A stretch of DNA of 64,000 nucleotides, taken from the NCBI RefSeq assembly GCF_047605705.1, contig NZ_JASGFD010000025.1, positions 1,168-65,167 of the forward strand, given 5' to 3'. Shown piece by piece: positions 1-8,475 of this stretch. Each line of letters starts with the position of its first letter. Positions within the stretch are counted from its first letter, which is position 1. The position numbers were made by a program, and so were the translations under genes. The notes beneath the pieces were generated by a model. That model worked only from the letters and a program-made list of their open reading frames with translations. It made no database searches and was not told where the DNA came from. The DNA comes from Silvibacterium sp. (GTDB lineage Bacteria; Acidobacteriota; Terriglobia; Terriglobales; Acidobacteriaceae).

Positions 1-822
1 CGTGCAGCCTTCGCGGGCCTTTGCCTGTGTCTCGGCGCTCGAAAACACCTTGTGCAAATCGAAGACCGGGCAGACTTCCGGGTTGCCCACGTCGGTGCGG
101 CGGATACGCGCCGGATCGGTGACCATCCCCTTGAGCTTCTTGCGAATCTCGGGTTCGGGATCGCTGAGCCCGATCGTGTTGCCGTAGCTCTTCGACATCT
201 TGCGGCCATCGAGGCCGGGCAGCTTCGGCGAAGGTGTCAGCAGCACCTTCGGCTCAGGCAGAATCGGCACATCCGGATTCGTCTTCGACGTGTAGAACTG
301 GTTGAAGCGCCGCGCTACCTCGCGGGTCAGCTCCACGTGCGCCACCTGGTCCGCACCGACCGGCACAAAATGAGGCTGATACAGCAAGATATCAGCCGAT
401 TGCAGCAGCGGATAGCCAAGAAAACCGTAGGTCGCGAGATCCTTCTCCTTGAGCTGCTCCTGCTGGTCCTTGTAGGTTGGCACACGCTCCAGCCAACCGA
501 GCGGAGTAATCATGCTCAGCGCCAGGTGCAGTTCAGTGTGCTGCGGCACGCGGCTCTGCACGAACAGCGTCGCCTTCTCGGGATCGAGACCGGCTGCGAG
601 AAAGTCCAGCACCACATCCTTGATGCTGTCCTTGATCCTCGAGGGGTCGGCATAGTCAGTGGTCAGTGCATGCCAGTCGGCGACAAAGAAATAGCACTCG
701 TACTCGTGCTGAAGGCGCACCCAGTTGTAAAGGGCGCCCATGTAGTTACCAAGATGCAGTTTGCCGGTGGGGCGCATGCCGCTCAGCACGCGCTTGCGCT
801 GTTCAGAAGAAGTGTTCGACAC
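1..822 (-). CDS. trpS: tryptophan--tRNA ligase, N-terminal 274 codons (C-terminus lies beyond the window start)
   Basis: Not in the ORF track because it is open at the window edge. My translation from GTG 822: VSNTSSEQRKRVLSGMRPTGKLHLGNYMGAL..FVADWHALTTDY..GADQVAHVELTREVARRFN..LDGRKMSKSYGNTI. It has the class-I HIGH-type (KLHLGN) and KMSKS motifs. Confidence 0.85.
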   Translation of the reverse strand, partial: MSNTSSEQRKRVLSGMRPTGKLHLGNYMGALYNWVRLQHEYECYFFVADWHALTTDYADPSRIKDSIKDVVLDFLAAGLDPEKATLFVQSRVPQHTELHLALSMITPLGWLERVPTYKDQQEQLKEKDLATYGFLGYPLLQSADILLYQPHFVPVGADQVAHVELTREVARRFNQFYTSKTNPDVPILPEPKVLLTPSPKLPGLDGRKMSKSYGNTIGLSDPEPEIRKKLKGMVTDPARIRRTDVGNPEVCPVFDLHKVFSSAETQAKAREGCT

Positions 823-906
823 CCAGATTCCTTGCCAGAAAATGACTCGCTCTATTGTACTGCTGTGCGCTGAGCGCCCCGCCTTCGGGCACTGGCCGTC
901 CAGGCC

Positions 907-1605
907 TTAAACCGCCAGCAGGATAGCGTTCACGATGCCCAGCGCCGGGGAGACAAAGAAATTCACCAGCGGAGCGCCGATGATCAGCATCAGCAGCAGG
1001 CTGATCAGGCCCATTTTGTCGTAGATGCGCAGGGCGTTATAGGGCAAGAAGTTGCGCACTATCTGCGCGCCGTCGAGCGGCGGCAGCGGCAACAGATTGA
1101 AGACCGCGAGAAAGATGTTCAGCACCAGCGTCAGATAGAAGATCACCGCCATCGGGAATGCGGCGGACGACATCATCTCCGGATCGATCACGCCGACGAT
1201 GACCGAGCGTACTGCCATCATGCCCACCGGGCTCACCTTCGTCAGGATCACCAGCGCGATAAACGCGACGAGCGCGGCCAGCAGGTTGCTGCACGGCCCG
1301 GCCAGCGTCACCAGCGTGTCGTCGCGGCGGATGTTCTTGAAGTTGCGCGTGGTCACCGGCGTCGGCTTGGCCCAGCCCACCAGGAAGCGTCCGTACGCGC
1401 CGCCGAAGAGCATGATCAGCGGCAGAATGACCGTGCCGACCGGGTCGATGTGCCGCAGAGGATTGAGCGTCACCCGCCCCATCATCCGCGCCGTCTGGTC
1501 GCCCAGCCGCGAGGCCATCCAAGCATGCGCCGCCTCATGCAGGCTCAGCGAGAAGACAAGGATGACAAATTCGAAGATCTTGAGGAGGATTTCCTGCTGA
1601 CTCAT
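907..1605 (-). CDS. site-2 protease family (peptidase M50) membrane zinc metalloprotease
   Basis: 232-aa polytopic ORF. HEAAH zinc motif in the first hydrophobic helix (LSLHEAAHAWMA) and the second S2P motif FNLLPLPPLDGAQI. Confidence 0.8.
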   Translation of the reverse strand: MSQQEILLKIFEFVILVFSLSLHEAAHAWMASRLGDQTARMMGRVTLNPLRHIDPVGTVILPLIMLFGGAYGRFLVGWAKPTPVTTRNFKNIRRDDTLVTLAGPCSNLLAALVAFIALVILTKVSPVGMMAVRSVIVGVIDPEMMSSAAFPMAVIFYLTLVLNIFLAVFNLLPLPPLDGAQIVRNFLPYNALRIYDKMGLISLLLMLIIGAPLVNFFVSPALGIVNAILLAV

Positions 1606-1657
1606 TGCGTTGCTACGAGGATATCAGCCCGCCCGTGGACTGGCCGTCCAGGCTTTT

Positions 1658-1749
1658 CGCCTTCGGCCACCGTTCCCGCTGGTCGCGATTCAGCCCTCAA
1701 CACTCGACGGTGCCCACTCAAGCCAATTTTAGGCTTGAATGGGCCACCC
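1658..1749 (+). repeat. mosaic of dispersed repeats R4 (1658-1687) and R1 hairpin (1709-1749)
   Basis: R4: cgccttcggccaccgttcccgctggtcgcg matches the arms of the inverted repeat at 26977/27248. R1: cccactcaagcc-N7-ggcttgaatggg, the same palindrome as 10118-10148 in the opposite orientation. Confidence 0.7.
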
Positions 1750-1836
1750 AGGCATTCCGCACGAAGGCACAGGAGACTGCGCGAGGATTCGACCCTCCCG
1801 CGGATGCTCGTTTCCCAGGCGGAGAGCGCGGACGCT

Positions 1837-2472
1837 CTATCCACCCGCCTTATTTTCTCCGCCCTGCTTTTCCTCGCCGCCCACGCGCGCATACTCGGCG
1901 ACGGTCTCGCCCTTCTTAAGCGTCAGCTCGTTGCCATCCACCAGAACGGCGTGCTTCAGAATCGTCACATCGTCCTCGATCGTCACGTTGTAGCCGTAGC
2001 TGAACTCGACGCCATAGAAGATGTGCACATTCTTCCCGATGCTCTTGAAGATGTGCTTGCCCAGCATCGCCCGGAAGCGGAAGGCCAGCCAGAGATTCCG
2101 GGCTACCGGCGACTGGTCGAAGAGCCGCCAGAACCAGATCAGCGGTTTGATCTCGGCAAACTTCTCCCGGTCGAGATTCTCGTCGTACTCGGCCTCGAGC
2201 GTCACGTTTGCCGGATCGAGCGAGAGCTGCAGCACATTGAAGGGCAGCTCGCTGGTCAGGGTGAAGTTCAGCTTACCGCCATGCGGCGCGCCCAGCAGCA
2301 GCTGGTGCAGATTGTCGCGAACCATCTCGGCACGCAGCGCCGGCTTCTTGTGCTTCGTGAATGTCTGATCGAGATAGTCGATCCAGCGGAGATACACTTC
2401 CTTCGCTTCCCGCGAGGGCTCGACGACAAACTGCTCTTTCTTTTCCTGCTCTTCAGTGGTGGGCATGGCCAT
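1837..2472 (-). CDS. hypothetical protein with a short hexapeptide (left-handed beta-helix)-like C-terminal segment
   Basis: 211-aa ORF with a normal residue composition, unlike the Arg/Ala-rich antisense ORFs over it. IGKNVHIFYGVEFSYGYNVTIEDDVTILKHAVLVDG resembles an LbH acyltransferase repeat. Function not assignable. Confidence 0.55.
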   Translation of the reverse strand: MAMPTTEEQEKKEQFVVEPSREAKEVYLRWIDYLDQTFTKHKKPALRAEMVRDNLHQLLLGAPHGGKLNFTLTSELPFNVLQLSLDPANVTLEAEYDENLDREKFAEIKPLIWFWRLFDQSPVARNLWLAFRFRAMLGKHIFKSIGKNVHIFYGVEFSYGYNVTIEDDVTILKHAVLVDGNELTLKKGETVAEYARVGGEEKQGGENKAGG

Positions 2473-2661
2473 CCTTGCTGGTTGTCCGGAACGGAGTTCA
2501 AAGTACAGACCGGCCCGATCGTATCCTGCCGTGTCCTCTCAGCGCTCTTAGTTCTGATGCTTATCGACGCAGCAGGACGCTCAAAAGACCAGCCCGGAGT
2601 TTCTCTCAAGCAGCATCAGCTCGAGTCGCGAAACCTTCGCGCTACACCCTGACCCTATCCC

Positions 2662-3741
2662 CTACACCCTGTCCTTCGTATTCACAGCCGTATCCGCGGC
2701 AAACTCCCGCAGCCTTGCCACCACTGCGGTCGCGCCGCCGGAATCGATCGCTTCGGCCGCCCGCGCCAGTCCTTCGTGGAAATCCGCTGCTGTGCCTGCC
2801 GCCACCAGGGCCGCGGAAGCATTCAGCAGCACGATCTGCCGCTTCGGTCCCTGAGCTCCGGCAAGAATCCCTTCCAGCACATGGGCGCTTTCCGCCGCAG
2901 TCTCGGAAGCGGTGATATCGGCCAGGGTCGCCCGCTGCAGTCCGAAATCTTCCGGCTGAACATGGAAAAGCCGAACCGAATCCGGCCGTCCCTGCATGTG
3001 CTTCACCTCGGCCATGCTGGTCTCGCCGGTGATCGTGATCTCGTCGATGCCGTCGATGCCGTGGGCGACAAAGGCATGGCTGACGCCGAGCCGCGCCATC
3101 GCCTCGGCCACGGATGGCACCATGCGCGCGCTGGCTACGCCCATCACCTGAGCCCTGGCTCCGGCAGGATTCGTCAAAGGGCCAGCCTGATTGAAGATAG
3201 TGCGGAATCCCAGGTTGCGGCGGATGGTCATCATGCGCTTCATCGCCGGGTGAAAGACCGGAGCCAGCAGAAACATGAAGCCCGTCTCGCGCAGGCACAG
3301 CGCGGCCTGGTCCGGGGTCAGAGCCACCGGCAATCCCAGCGCTTCGACCACATCCGCTGACCCGCACTTCGAGGTCACGGCCCGGTTGCCGTGCTTGGCC
3401 ACCTTCGCACCCGCCGCCACGGCCACCAGCGCTGCACATGTCGAGATGTTGAAGGTGCCACGGCCGGTGCCGCCAGTACCACAGGTGTCTACCAGGGAGT
3501 TGCGTTCCGCGTCCGTCAACGGGATCGGCGTCGCCCGGGCACGCATCGCCTCGGCAAAGCCGGTCAGCTCATCGGCCGTCTCGCCGCGCAGGGAGAGCGC
3601 CGTGAGCAGCGCGGCAATCTCCATATCTTCCTGCCCCGGCTCGCTTTCGAGAATTTCGGTGAGAAATCTCCGCGCCTCATCGCGCCCCAGGGTCGCGCCT
3701 TGCTCCACTACCAGCCTCAGAACCTGTTTCAACCCAGCCAT
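2662..3741 (-). CDS. trpD: anthranilate phosphoribosyltransferase
   Basis: DTCGTGGTGRGTFNISTCAALVAVAAGAKVAKHGNRAVTSKCGSADVVEALG is the TrpD / glycosyl-transferase family 3 signature. Start set at the internal ATG 3741 (MAGLKQVLRLVVEQG), giving a typical 359 aa. The track ORF continues in frame to 4149. Confidence 0.85.
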   Translation of the reverse strand: MAGLKQVLRLVVEQGATLGRDEARRFLTEILESEPGQEDMEIAALLTALSLRGETADELTGFAEAMRARATPIPLTDAERNSLVDTCGTGGTGRGTFNISTCAALVAVAAGAKVAKHGNRAVTSKCGSADVVEALGLPVALTPDQAALCLRETGFMFLLAPVFHPAMKRMMTIRRNLGFRTIFNQAGPLTNPAGARAQVMGVASARMVPSVAEAMARLGVSHAFVAHGIDGIDEITITGETSMAEVKHMQGRPDSVRLFHVQPEDFGLQRATLADITASETAAESAHVLEGILAGAQGPKRQIVLLNASAALVAAGTAADFHEGLARAAEAIDSGGATAVVARLREFAADTAVNTKDRV

Positions 3742-4149
3742 AACGGTCAGTTTACCGTCCCCACTCCAGAGATTCGTCCATTCCTCTCTGGCGTGAAGCA
3801 CCCAGGGCGATGGTTTACGGAGAAAGCGCCCACACCAAAACGGCCCCCCCCCGATCAGCAAACACCCCTGTACCCAGCGCGGATAGCTCCGCTGCTGGGC
3901 CCTGATGGAATTTCGAGGGAAACACAGCCGCCAGGAGCCGGAGATTGCCAGTCCTGCGAAAAGCGTCCAGAAATACCAGCCACGCCAGAAGAGGCCTGGG
4001 ATCGCCAGAATCAACAGGCATGCGCCCACCGCCCGGATCACAGAATGCCGGCTCAACCAGGCTTCTGTGAGATCGGGAGCAAGGATGTGCCAAAGGCCGG
4101 AAACTCCCAGAAAAGCAGCCAACGCTCGGACATAGATCGTTTCCGCCAC
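3742..4149 (-). other. 136-codon hydrophobic ORF segment in frame with trpD; possibly a separate ~111-aa 4-TM membrane protein gene (3815-4149) if the G9 tract is really G10
   Basis: [60 protein letters not shown] has 3 clear TM-like helices. One extra G in the tract reads ..CLLIGGGAVLVWALSP-TAA (stop at 3815), which gives a 4th helix. Confidence 0.4.
3844..3852. repeat. C9/G9 homopolymer tract
   Basis: cggCCCCCCCCCgatc read directly. Located at codons 100-102 (GGG GGG GGG) of the 4149-start ORF. Confidence 0.95.
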
Positions 4150-4163
4150 CTCATCCCCCCGGC

Positions 4164-4191
4164 GCTAGGCGCTATTCGCTAGGCGCTATTC
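4164..4191. repeat. perfect 14-bp tandem duplication (gctaggcgctattc x2)
   Basis: Read directly in the divergent spacer between the 4149 ORF and sucC. Confidence 0.9.
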
Positions 4192-4445
4192 TATTCATGG
4201 ATGTCTGCATATTTACCCGTTCCAGGGGGTTTTCCAAGGAGGAATGTCCTCTCCCTCCCGCATCGCCTTTTCAGACAGGCAAAAGACACCGACCGCTCCG
4301 GTCCGATACACTGAAAAGTCTACGGACATGGACTTGTAACTGCGCACCACGGCGACGCCGTGTTGGCAACATTCTGCGGACGGTCGCCGGGATCGCCGTT
4401 TCACTCAGCTGCTTTTGTCTTAAGGGTCTTTCGAAACACACGACT

Positions 4446-5624
4446 ATGAAAATTCACGAGTACCAGGCAAAGGACATCCTCGCGAAGCACGGCGTTGCCG
4501 TACCGCGCGGTGAAGTGGCCAACACGCTGGACGAAGCGTTGGACGTGGCCAAGAAGCTGTTCGCCAACGGCGCGAGCGGTGTGGTCGTCAAGGCACAGAT
4601 TCACGCCGGAGGCCGCGGCAAGGGCGGCGGCGTCAAGGTCGCCAAGAACATTCAGGACGCCGAGACCTATATCAAGCAGATCCTCGGCATGCAGCTGATC
4701 ACCCACCAGACCGGCCCGCAGGGACAGAAGGTCTCGCGCCTGCTGATCGAAGAGACCGCGGCCATCGACCGTGAGCTCTACCTGGGTATCGTGCTCGACC
4801 GCGCCGCCGCGAAGCTCGTCTTCATGGCCTCCAAGGCCGGCGGTATGGAGATCGAAGAAGTCGCTGCCAAGGACCCCAAGGCGATCCATAAGGCCTATAT
4901 CGACCCGGCCGTGGGCTTCCAGCCCTACCAGGCCCGCCAGCTGGCCTTCGCGCTCGGCCTCAAGCCGACGCAGATCAACCAGGCCGTGAAGTTCATGCTG
5001 GGCCTCTACAAGGTCTACATCGATACCGACGCCTCGCTGCTCGAGATCAACCCCTTCATCACCACCAAGGACGATCAGCTCTTCGCCCTCGACTGCAAGA
5101 TCAACTTCGACGACAACGCCATGTTCCGCCACAAGGAGCTAAAGGAACTGCGTGACGTTGCGGAAGAAGATCCCCTCGAAGTGGAAGCGTCGAAGTACGC
5201 GCTCAACTACATCAAGCTCGATGGCAACATCGCCTGCATGGTGAACGGCGCGGGTCTGGCCATGGCCACCATGGACATCATCCAATATGCCGGCGGCTCG
5301 CCTGCCAACTTCCTCGACGTAGGCGGCGGCGCAAACCAGCAGCAGATCGAAGCGGCTTTCGCCATCCTGCTCGCCGACAAGAACGTTCAGGCCATCTTCA
5401 TCAACATCTTCGGCGGCATCCTGCGCGTGGATGTGCTCGCGACCGCAGTCGTCGCGGCAGCGAAGAACCTGAACGTCACCCTGCCCATCGTTCTGCGCCT
5501 CGAAGGCACCAACGTCGAAGAAGGCCGCAAGATCCTCGAAGAGTCCGGCCTGAAGTTCGCTGTCGGCGCAACCATGAAGGACGCAGCGGATATCGTTGTT
5601 GCGGCCGCGAAGGGAGGCAAGTAA
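4446..5624 (+). CDS. sucC: succinate--CoA ligase (ADP-forming) beta subunit
   Basis: [24 protein letters not shown].. is a canonical SucC N-terminus. Track ORF 4197.. trimmed to ATG 4446. The stop abuts the sucD start (TAAATG). Confidence 0.95.
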   Translation: MKIHEYQAKDILAKHGVAVPRGEVANTLDEALDVAKKLFANGASGVVVKAQIHAGGRGKGGGVKVAKNIQDAETYIKQILGMQLITHQTGPQGQKVSRLLIEETAAIDRELYLGIVLDRAAAKLVFMASKAGGMEIEEVAAKDPKAIHKAYIDPAVGFQPYQARQLAFALGLKPTQINQAVKFMLGLYKVYIDTDASLLEINPFITTKDDQLFALDCKINFDDNAMFRHKELKELRDVAEEDPLEVEASKYALNYIKLDGNIACMVNGAGLAMATMDIIQYAGGSPANFLDVGGGANQQQIEAAFAILLADKNVQAIFINIFGGILRVDVLATAVVAAAKNLNVTLPIVLRLEGTNVEEGRKILEESGLKFAVGATMKDAADIVVAAAKGGK

Positions 5625-6500
5625 ATGGCAGTTCTCGTCAATAAGGAAACTCGCCTCATCGTTCAGGGCATCACCGGCAAGGAAGGCACCTTCCACGCCA
5701 AGGGCTGCGCCGAGTACGGCACCAAGGTTGTCGGCGGTGTGACCCCCGGCAAGGGCGGCACCACCCACGAGGGCTGGCCGGTATTCGACACCGTCGAAGA
5801 GGCCGTCGAAAAGACTGGCGCCAACGCGACCGTGATCTTCGTTCCGCCGCCGTTCGCGGCTGACGCCATCCTCGAAGCCAACGAAGCCAAGATCGCCCTG
5901 ATCGTCGCCATCACCGAAGGCATCCCGGTGAACGACATGGTCAACGTGTGGAGCGTGCTCAAGGATTCGAAATCGGTACTGATCGGACCCAACTGCCCCG
6001 GCGTCATCTCGCCCGGCAAGGCCAAGATCGGCATCATGCCTGGCCGTATCCACAAGGAAGGCAATGTCGGCATCGTCTCCCGCTCGGGAACCCTGACCTA
6101 CGAGGCCGTCTACCAGCTCACGCAGCGCGGTATCGGCCAGTCGACCGCGATCGGCATCGGCGGCGACCCGATCGTCGGGACTACACATATTGATGCGATC
6201 AAGCTGCTCAACGAGGACCCCGAAACCGAGGCCATCATCATGATCGGCGAAATCGGCGGCACCAACGAAGAAGCCGCGGCCGAGTACATCAAGGCTCACG
6301 TGAAGAAGCCGGTCGTCGGCTTCATCGCCGGCCAGACCGCACCTCCGGGCCGCCGCATGGGCCACGCGGGCGCCATCATCTCCGGAGGCCAGGGTACGGC
6401 CGAAGAAAAGATGAAGGCCATGACCGCCGCCGGCATCCACGTCGTCCAGTCCCCCGCCGAAATCGGCGAGACCCTGGCACGCGTGACGGGCAAGGCGTAA
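5625..6500 (+). CDS. sucD: succinate--CoA ligase alpha subunit
   Basis: [12 protein letters not shown] CoA-binding motif and [13 protein letters not shown] phosphohistidine loop. Confidence 0.95.
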   Translation: MAVLVNKETRLIVQGITGKEGTFHAKGCAEYGTKVVGGVTPGKGGTTHEGWPVFDTVEEAVEKTGANATVIFVPPPFAADAILEANEAKIALIVAITEGIPVNDMVNVWSVLKDSKSVLIGPNCPGVISPGKAKIGIMPGRIHKEGNVGIVSRSGTLTYEAVYQLTQRGIGQSTAIGIGGDPIVGTTHIDAIKLLNEDPETEAIIMIGEIGGTNEEAAAEYIKAHVKKPVVGFIAGQTAPPGRRMGHAGAIISGGQGTAEEKMKAMTAAGIHVVQSPAEIGETLARVTGKA

Positions 6501-6521
6501 ATCCCCGCTCTACCCGCAACA

Positions 6522-6553
6522 GAAAAGGCTGCGCTTCGGCGCAGCCTTTTCTT
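6522..6553 (+). terminator. rho-independent terminator after sucD
   Basis: 12-bp perfect stem aaaaggctgcgc / gcgcagcctttt with a ttcg loop. The 3' arm ends in TTTT. Confidence 0.8.
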
Positions 6554-6796
6554 GGAGCCAACTTCAATGCACATCACGATAGAGCAAAGAAAATCCAACG
6601 GCCTGGCCCCATTAGTCACGGCAGATGCGGAGATACGTCGGCATTATCTGCGCGCTATCTGGTAAAGATAGACGCTCCAGCCGATTACGGAACGGCTGCT
6701 GCTAAATGAATAGAGCGTATACACCCGGAATACCCGTACTCCCGACCTATGCAATACACTGGACGTAACGTCTACACGTTCCAAGGAGAAACACAG

Positions 6797-7213
6797 GTGT
6801 CCCAACGCACCTTCAGCATCATCAAGCCGGACGCAGTCCGCAAGGGTTATACCGGAGCTATCCTCGCCGAGATCGAGAAGGCCGGTTTCAAGATTGTCGC
6901 CATCAAGAAGGCCTCCATCTCCAAGGCTCAGGCCGAGGGCTTCTATCACGTTCACGCCGAGCGCCCCTTCTTCGGCGGCCTCACCGACTTCATGTCCTCC
7001 GGCCCCATCTTCCCGATGGTGCTCGAGAAGGAAAATGCCATCGCCGACCTGCGCAAGCTGATGGGCGCCACCAACCCGGCCAACGCCGAAGAGGGCACCA
7101 TCCGCAAACAGTTCGCCGGTTCGATCGAAGAGAACGCGATCCACGGCTCGGATGCCGAGGACACCGCGAAGTTTGAGATCGGCTACTTTTTTGCCGGCCT
7201 CGAACTGATCTAA
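6797..7213 (+). CDS. ndk: nucleoside-diphosphate kinase
   Basis: [30 protein letters not shown] (active-site His). Start trimmed to GTG 6797, 7 nt after AAGGAGA (6783-6789). Confidence 0.9.
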   Translation: MSQRTFSIIKPDAVRKGYTGAILAEIEKAGFKIVAIKKASISKAQAEGFYHVHAERPFFGGLTDFMSSGPIFPMVLEKENAIADLRKLMGATNPANAEEGTIRKQFAGSIEENAIHGSDAEDTAKFEIGYFFAGLELI

Positions 7214-7253
7214 ATTCGAGTTCGCAAAGCCCTTCGGGTTTGCAAACAAGATC

Positions 7254-7300
7254 AAAAAAATCGCCGGCGCTCTCGTGAGCATGCCGGCGATTTTCTTTGT
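7254..7300. terminator. bidirectional terminator (ndk on +, tRNA-Arg on -)
   Basis: Stem tcgccggc..gccggcga with an inner gctc/gagc stem, flanked by A7 on the left and TTTTCTTT on the right. Confidence 0.75.
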
Positions 7301-7308
7301 CGCGAATC

Positions 7309-7385
7309 TGGTGCGCCCGAGAAGATTCGAACTTCTGACCTACAGCTTCGGAGGCTGCCGCTCTATCCAGCTGAGCTACGGGCGC
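7309..7385 (-). tRNA. tRNA-Arg (anticodon CCG)
   Basis: The reverse complement folds as a cloverleaf: GCGCCCG-TA-GCTC-AGCTGGATA-GAGC-G-GCAGC-CTCCGAA-GCTGT-AGGTC-AGAAG-TTCGAAT-CTTCT-CGGGCGC-A-CCA. 77 nt with an encoded CCA. Confidence 0.93.
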
Positions 7386-7564
7386 GCTCCTCAAGAATAC
7401 TACGGGCGGCCCCATCCTGCACCCAATCTGCGCAGAAGGAGCCGCGAAACGCACCACCGCGGAACCCTTCCCTTTGACAGATCGCCCGCCTCCGCGCTGT
7501 GATGATGGGGGACCTGCGCGTCTCTTCACCGATTGGCGCACCCGTCACACGTTAGGAGCAATTC

Positions 7565-8125
7565 ATGAAGCGTAAGCTGTTTGCCTGTCGACTCACCCTG
7601 TTCGTTCTCGTGCTCGCATTCTTCGCCGGAGTCCGCGCCAACGCGCAATGCGATCCCAAGAGCCAGAACCCTCCCAGCCCGCCCGCGCAGACCAGCGTTA
7701 CGCTCGGAGGCAAGGACGTCACCATCTACTACTGCGCGCCTTCGATGCGCGGCCGCAAGATCTTCGGCGGACTGGTGCCCTATGGACAGTGGTGGCGCAC
7801 CGGCGCCAACACCTCGACGACCATCAAGACCGAGACCAGCCTTGAGATCGGCACGCTGAAGGTTCCAGCCGGCACCTACACGCTCTACACGCTGCCTTCT
7901 GAAGCGAACTGGACGCTGATCGTCAATAAGCAGACCGGCCAGTGGGGCACCGTCTACAAGCAGGACATGGACTTTGGCCGTACCGGGATGACACGCGCAC
8001 CCGCGCCGTCCTCGCCTGTCGAGACCTTCAAGATCGACTTCGAGAACACCAAGGGCAAGAAGACCCAACTGCACCTGATCTGGGACACCACGGACGTTTA
8101 CGTGCCGGTGAAAGCCGGAAAGTAG
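7565..8125 (+). CDS. secreted DUF2911-like protein
   Basis: Signal peptide MKRKLFACRLTLFVLVLAFFAGVRANA. GQWWRTGANTSTT and LIVNKQTGQWG motifs as I remember them for DUF2911. Confidence 0.65.
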   Translation: MKRKLFACRLTLFVLVLAFFAGVRANAQCDPKSQNPPSPPAQTSVTLGGKDVTIYYCAPSMRGRKIFGGLVPYGQWWRTGANTSTTIKTETSLEIGTLKVPAGTYTLYTLPSEANWTLIVNKQTGQWGTVYKQDMDFGRTGMTRAPAPSSPVETFKIDFENTKGKKTQLHLIWDTTDVYVPVKAGK

Positions 8126-8143
8126 TCCGCCTCAACAGGAAAA

Positions 8144-8180
8144 GCAAAGGCCGCGCTGCTAGCTGCAGCGCGGCCTTTGC
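8144..8180. terminator. bidirectional hairpin between convergent genes
   Basis: 16-bp perfect stem gcaaaggccgcgctgc / gcagcgcggcctttgc with loop tagct. Confidence 0.7.
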
Positions 8181-8191
8181 GTGTCTATCGA

Positions 8192-8473
8192 CTATTTTCC
8201 GGATTCACCCGAGGCAGCCAGCTTCTGCTTCTCCAGCTCTTGCATCACGGACTGGATCAGCTCCTTCGCACCGTTGATCTCACCCAGCACCGTCTCGAGA
8301 TCGAGCGCCGGCTTCGACGGATTCCGCCGCGAGGTGCAGTACACACCGTGCTGCCCGATGAGGATCAGCGCGTCGGTCAGCATATCCAGCGTGACCGCCA
8401 AACGCCCCCGCGCCGGCCCCATCATGAATTCGTACTTCTCGATCTCGTCGCGACGATGCATCAGGGAAGACAT
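8192..8473 (-). CDS. hypothetical 93-aa protein, last gene of the gcv operon
   Basis: The ATG at 8473 lies 2 nt after the gcvPB stop (TAAACATG). High GC3 like its neighbours. No recognisable family. Confidence 0.55.
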   Translation of the reverse strand: MSSLMHRRDEIEKYEFMMGPARGRLAVTLDMLTDALILIGQHGVYCTSRRNPSKPALDLETVLGEINGAKELIQSVMQELEKQKLAASGESGK

Positions 8474-8475
8474 GT

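Noticed and set aside
4197-4445. 83-codon N-terminal extension of sucC in the track ORF.
   Set aside because: SucC begins canonically at [12 protein letters not shown] (ATG 4446). The extension is Cys/Arg-rich with no homology pattern and covers the promoter region.
7309-7385. tRNA-Arg as a possible integration site for a genomic island.
   Set aside because: There is no integrase and no direct repeat of the tRNA 3' end nearby. Flanking genes (ndk, DUF2911, gcv operon) are ordinary and GC-typical.
7474-7503. Sigma-70-like promoter (TTGACA at 7474-7479, TGTGAT at 7498-7503) upstream of the DUF2911 gene.
   Set aside because: The -35 hexamer is perfect, but the spacer is 18 nt and the -10 is poor. 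Acidobacterial promoter consensus is not well defined, so the evidence is too thin for a feature call.
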